From positions 47,775 through 67,774 of the IMG/VR virus record IMGVR_UViG_2551306709_000010: a stretch of DNA of 20,000 nt; one strand, given 5' to 3'. A program made the translations under genes and the position numbers. Below are positions 17,068 to 20,000 of the stretch, piece by piece (the first letter of the stretch is position 1; each line of letters starts with the position of its first letter). The notes under the pieces are model-generated. The model was given only the letters and a program-made list of their open reading frames with translations. It was not told the DNA's origin and searched no databases. The stretch is from an uncultured virus (IMG/VR IMGVR_UViG_2551306709_000010) (taxonomy: Duplodnaviria; Heunggongvirae; Uroviricota; Caudoviricetes).

Positions 17068-18528
17068 ATGAATAATCAAGAAATAGTGTCAAAACTTTGG
17101 AATTTATGTAATGTACTTCGTGATGATGGAATTACTTATCACCAGTATGTAACTGAGCTTACATATATATTATTCCTTAAGATGATGAAGGAAACAGGAA
17201 ATGAAAAAAACATTACAGATAGCATAGTTAAAAGAAAAAAGGATAAGTCATTAGAGATAGATACTTACAGTTGGGATACGCTTGTTAAAAAGCAAGGACT
17301 TGAACTTAAACGATATTATAATAATATCTTAGGTGAATTTGGTGAAAACTGTAAAGGAAGAATAAGAGAAATATATTTAGGTGCAAGATCTAATATTGAA
17401 GAACCTAAAAACCTTGAAAAAATAATAAAATCTATAGATGATCTTGATTGGTATTCAGCAAAAGAAGAAGGGCTTGGAAATCTTTATGAAGGACTTTTGG
17501 AGAAAAATGCTAATGAGAAGAAATCAGGTGCAGGTCAGTATTTTACTCCACGTGTATTAATAGATGTAATGGTAAAGCTAGTTAATCCACAGGCAGGAGA
17601 ACTTTGCAATGATCCAGCTTGTGGAACTTTTGGATTTATGATAGCTGCTGATAAGCACATAAAAGAAAATACTGATGATCTTTTTGCATTAGAATTTGAG
17701 GAGCAAGAATTTCAGAAAAGAAAAGCTTTTACAGGATGTGAATTAGTTCATGATACCCATAGACTTGCGCTAATGAATGCAATGCTACATGATATTGAGG
17801 GAGAAATAATTTTAGGGGATACTCTTTCAAATGTTGGCAAGAGTATGAAAGGTTTTGATGTAGTGCTTACAAATCCACCATTTGGAACTAAAAAAGGTGG
17901 AGAACGTGCTACAAGAGATGATTTAACTTATCTTAGCTCAAATAAACAATTAAACTTTTTACAGCATATATATAGATCACTTAAATCAGACAATAGGGCA
18001 AGGGCAGCAGTTGTATTGCCAGACAATGTGCTTTTTGCAGATGGTGATGGAACAAATATTCGTGCTGATTTAATGGATAAATGTAATCTGCATACAATAT
18101 TACGTTTACCTACAGGGATTTTTTATGCCCAAGGAGTAAAAACAAATGTACTATTCTTTACTCGTGGAAAAACTGAAAGAAATAATACTAAAGAAGTCTG
18201 GATATACGACATGCGTACTAATATGCCGAGTTTCGGAAAAACAAATTCATTAAAAGAAGAACATTTTTATGGCTTTATAAAAGCTTACACAGTTGAAGAT
18301 AGAACAAAGATACAAGATGAACGTTTCTCAGTGTTTACTAGAGAGCAGATAAAAGAAAAAAATGATAACCTTGATTTAGGCTTAATTCGTGACGATAGTG
18401 TACTTGATTATGAAGATTTACAAGATCCAATAGAAAGTGGAGAAGAAATAGCAGCTCAGCTTGAAGAAGCTATGGATTTAATTATGAGTGTGGTTAAAGA
18501 ACTTAAGAATTTAGGTGGTGACAAGTAA
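17068..18528 (+). CDS. hsdM: Type I restriction-modification methyltransferase subunit (m6A)
   Basis: LWNLCNVLRDDG, GQYFTPR, SAM-binding DPACGTFGF, catalytic NPPF. Confidence 0.97.
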   Translation: MNNQEIVSKLWNLCNVLRDDGITYHQYVTELTYILFLKMMKETGNEKNITDSIVKRKKDKSLEIDTYSWDTLVKKQGLELKRYYNNILGEFGENCKGRIREIYLGARSNIEEPKNLEKIIKSIDDLDWYSAKEEGLGNLYEGLLEKNANEKKSGAGQYFTPRVLIDVMVKLVNPQAGELCNDPACGTFGFMIAADKHIKENTDDLFALEFEEQEFQKRKAFTGCELVHDTHRLALMNAMLHDIEGEIILGDTLSNVGKSMKGFDVVLTNPPFGTKKGGERATRDDLTYLSSNKQLNFLQHIYRSLKSDNRARAAVVLPDNVLFADGDGTNIRADLMDKCNLHTILRLPTGIFYAQGVKTNVLFFTRGKTERNNTKEVWIYDMRTNMPSFGKTNSLKEEHFYGFIKAYTVEDRTKIQDERFSVFTREQIKEKNDNLDLGLIRDDSVLDYEDLQDPIESGEEIAAQLEEAMDLIMSVVKELKNLGGDK

Positions 18529-20000
18529 TGGCTAAGAAGAAAGAAAAGTTGTCACTGGAGGAATTGTTGGAGCAGGCGTTAGTTAATGAGGAAGATATGC
18601 CTTATGAAGTGCCGAGAAATTGGGTGTGGACTAGGCTAGATTATATTAATAATTTTACAAGAAAATCAGTTGATCCAAGTAAAGATGAAGATAAAATATT
18701 TGAGTTATATAGTGTACCGAGTTGTGATAATAATTACCCTGAAATTGTATGTGGAAAGGAAATTGGTTCAACAAAGCAAAAAGTGTCAAAAGGAGATGTA
18801 TTGCTTTGTAAAATTAATCCACGAATTAATAGAGTATGGATAGTGTCTGAGCATACTGAACATAAGCTAATAGCATCATCAGAATGGATTGTAATAAGTA
18901 ACAATATATTAAATTCTAAATATTTAATGTTGTGTTTAAAATCTAAATATTTTAGAGAATATTTATTATCTAATGTATCAGGAGTTGGAGGCTCATTGAT
19001 GAGAGCACAACCTAAATTTGTAAAAGAATATCCAATTCCTATTCCGCCTCTTACAGAACAGCAACGAATTGTAGAATTTATTGACCAATTATTTAAAAAA
19101 CTAGATACAGCAAAGAAACTTGTACAAAATGTTTTAGATTCCTTTGAAAATAGGAAAGCTGCTATTCTTTACAAAGCATTTACAGGTGAGTTGACTGCTA
19201 AATGGAGAGAAGAAAACAAAACTAGCAAAAATAGTGTTTTAACTGAAGTCTTAGCATATTATATGGAGAGCGGAGTTAAGAAAAATATAAATAATATACT
19301 TAAATATCAAGATTCAATTGTTGAGATTAATAATATTGAAAATAGTTTATGGTATAAATGTTCAATTGGTGCAATAGGAGTAGTTTCAAATGGAAGTACT
19401 CCATCTAGACAAAATCTTAATTTTTGGAATGGCAATATTTCTTGGGTAAGTTCAGGTGAAGTAAAAAACAATATAATAGAAACAACAAAGGAAAGAATTT
19501 CACAGTTTGGATATGATAACTCATCAGTAAAGATGTTACCAGTAGGAACAGTATTGATTGCTATGATTGGGGAGGGCAAAACAAGAGGACAAAGTGCGAT
19601 ATTAAACATTGAGGCTACAATAAATCAAAATATTGCAGCTATTGATTTGAGTCATAAGATGGTAGAAGCAAAATTTATTTGGTATTGGTTGCAAAAGCAA
19701 TATGTAAATAATAGAGAAAAAGGTAATGGAACAGGTCCTCAGGCTCTCAACTGTCAGAGGGTTCGCGAACTAGATTTTATTCTACCACCATTAGCAGAAC
19801 AAAAAGAAATAGTCAGAATACTAGATAATCTATTAGATAATCAACAACGTGCAAAAGAACTTTGTGATGTTATAGAAAAAATAGAATTAATGAAAAAGTC
19901 TATTTTGTCTCGTGCATTTCGTGGAGATCTTGGGACCAATGATCCTGATGAAGAAAGCGGTGTTGAGTTATTGAAAGAAGTATTAAAAGAAAAGCTTTAA
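18528..20000 (+). CDS. hsdS: Type I restriction-modification specificity subunit
   Basis: Two TRDs, each followed by a conserved repeat (IPIPPLTEQQRIV; ILPPLAEQKEIV), and C-terminal SILSRAFRG. TAATG stop/start overlap with hsdM; stop TAA at 19998-20000. Confidence 0.96.
   Translation: MAKKKEKLSLEELLEQALVNEEDMPYEVPRNWVWTRLDYINNFTRKSVDPSKDEDKIFELYSVPSCDNNYPEIVCGKEIGSTKQKVSKGDVLLCKINPRINRVWIVSEHTEHKLIASSEWIVISNNILNSKYLMLCLKSKYFREYLLSNVSGVGGSLMRAQPKFVKEYPIPIPPLTEQQRIVEFIDQLFKKLDTAKKLVQNVLDSFENRKAAILYKAFTGELTAKWREENKTSKNSVLTEVLAYYMESGVKKNINNILKYQDSIVEINNIENSLWYKCSIGAIGVVSNGSTPSRQNLNFWNGNISWVSSGEVKNNIIETTKERISQFGYDNSSVKMLPVGTVLIAMIGEGKTRGQSAILNIEATINQNIAAIDLSHKMVEAKFIWYWLQKQYVNNREKGNGTGPQALNCQRVRELDFILPPLAEQKEIVRILDNLLDNQQRAKELCDVIEKIELMKKSILSRAFRGDLGTNDPDEESGVELLKEVLKEKL

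Noticed and set aside
2407..19609. Short minus-strand ORFs in the track (2407, 6209, 7912, 8334, 8416, 10127, 10557, 11581, 12281, 15612, 19307)
   Set aside because: All lie wholly or mostly antisense to well-supported genes, have shadow-like S/L/F/I-rich composition and show no motifs.
18528..20000. Phase-variable hsdS (shufflon or simple repeats)
   Set aside because: No second hsdS, flanking inverted repeats or repeat tract visible; sequence beyond 20000 is unseen.
1..20000. CRISPR array, tRNA, rRNA or IS element
   Set aside because: No regularly spaced repeats, cloverleaf or transposase recognised; intergenic gaps are short.

Overview
AT-rich, Clostridium-like DNA with all confident genes on the + strand. 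1-~13.5 kb is the right end of a siphovirus-like prophage. It runs: distal tail protein (partial), an inserted DEDDh exonuclease-BRCT gene, tail tip/spike protein, a beta-propeller tail protein, holin, amidase endolysin, then two overlapping large serine recombinases. After a terminator come three tightly packed uncharacterised genes, a nonsense-interrupted immunity-like ORF, an HTH/zinc-finger gene and a GC-rich fold-back. The element appears to end at a displaced 3' tip of an rlmD/rumA-like 23S rRNA methyltransferase gene (THIECVVKLKRKHK*, 13502-13546), the likely att junction. Beyond it lies a complete EcoKI-like Type I restriction-modification operon (hsdR-hsdM-hsdS). The best candidate for an undescribed system is the 8697-12424 operon, whose first protein appears to end in a degenerate endonuclease IV/xylose-isomerase-like TIM barrel. 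All family assignments come from motif recognition by eye, not database searches.
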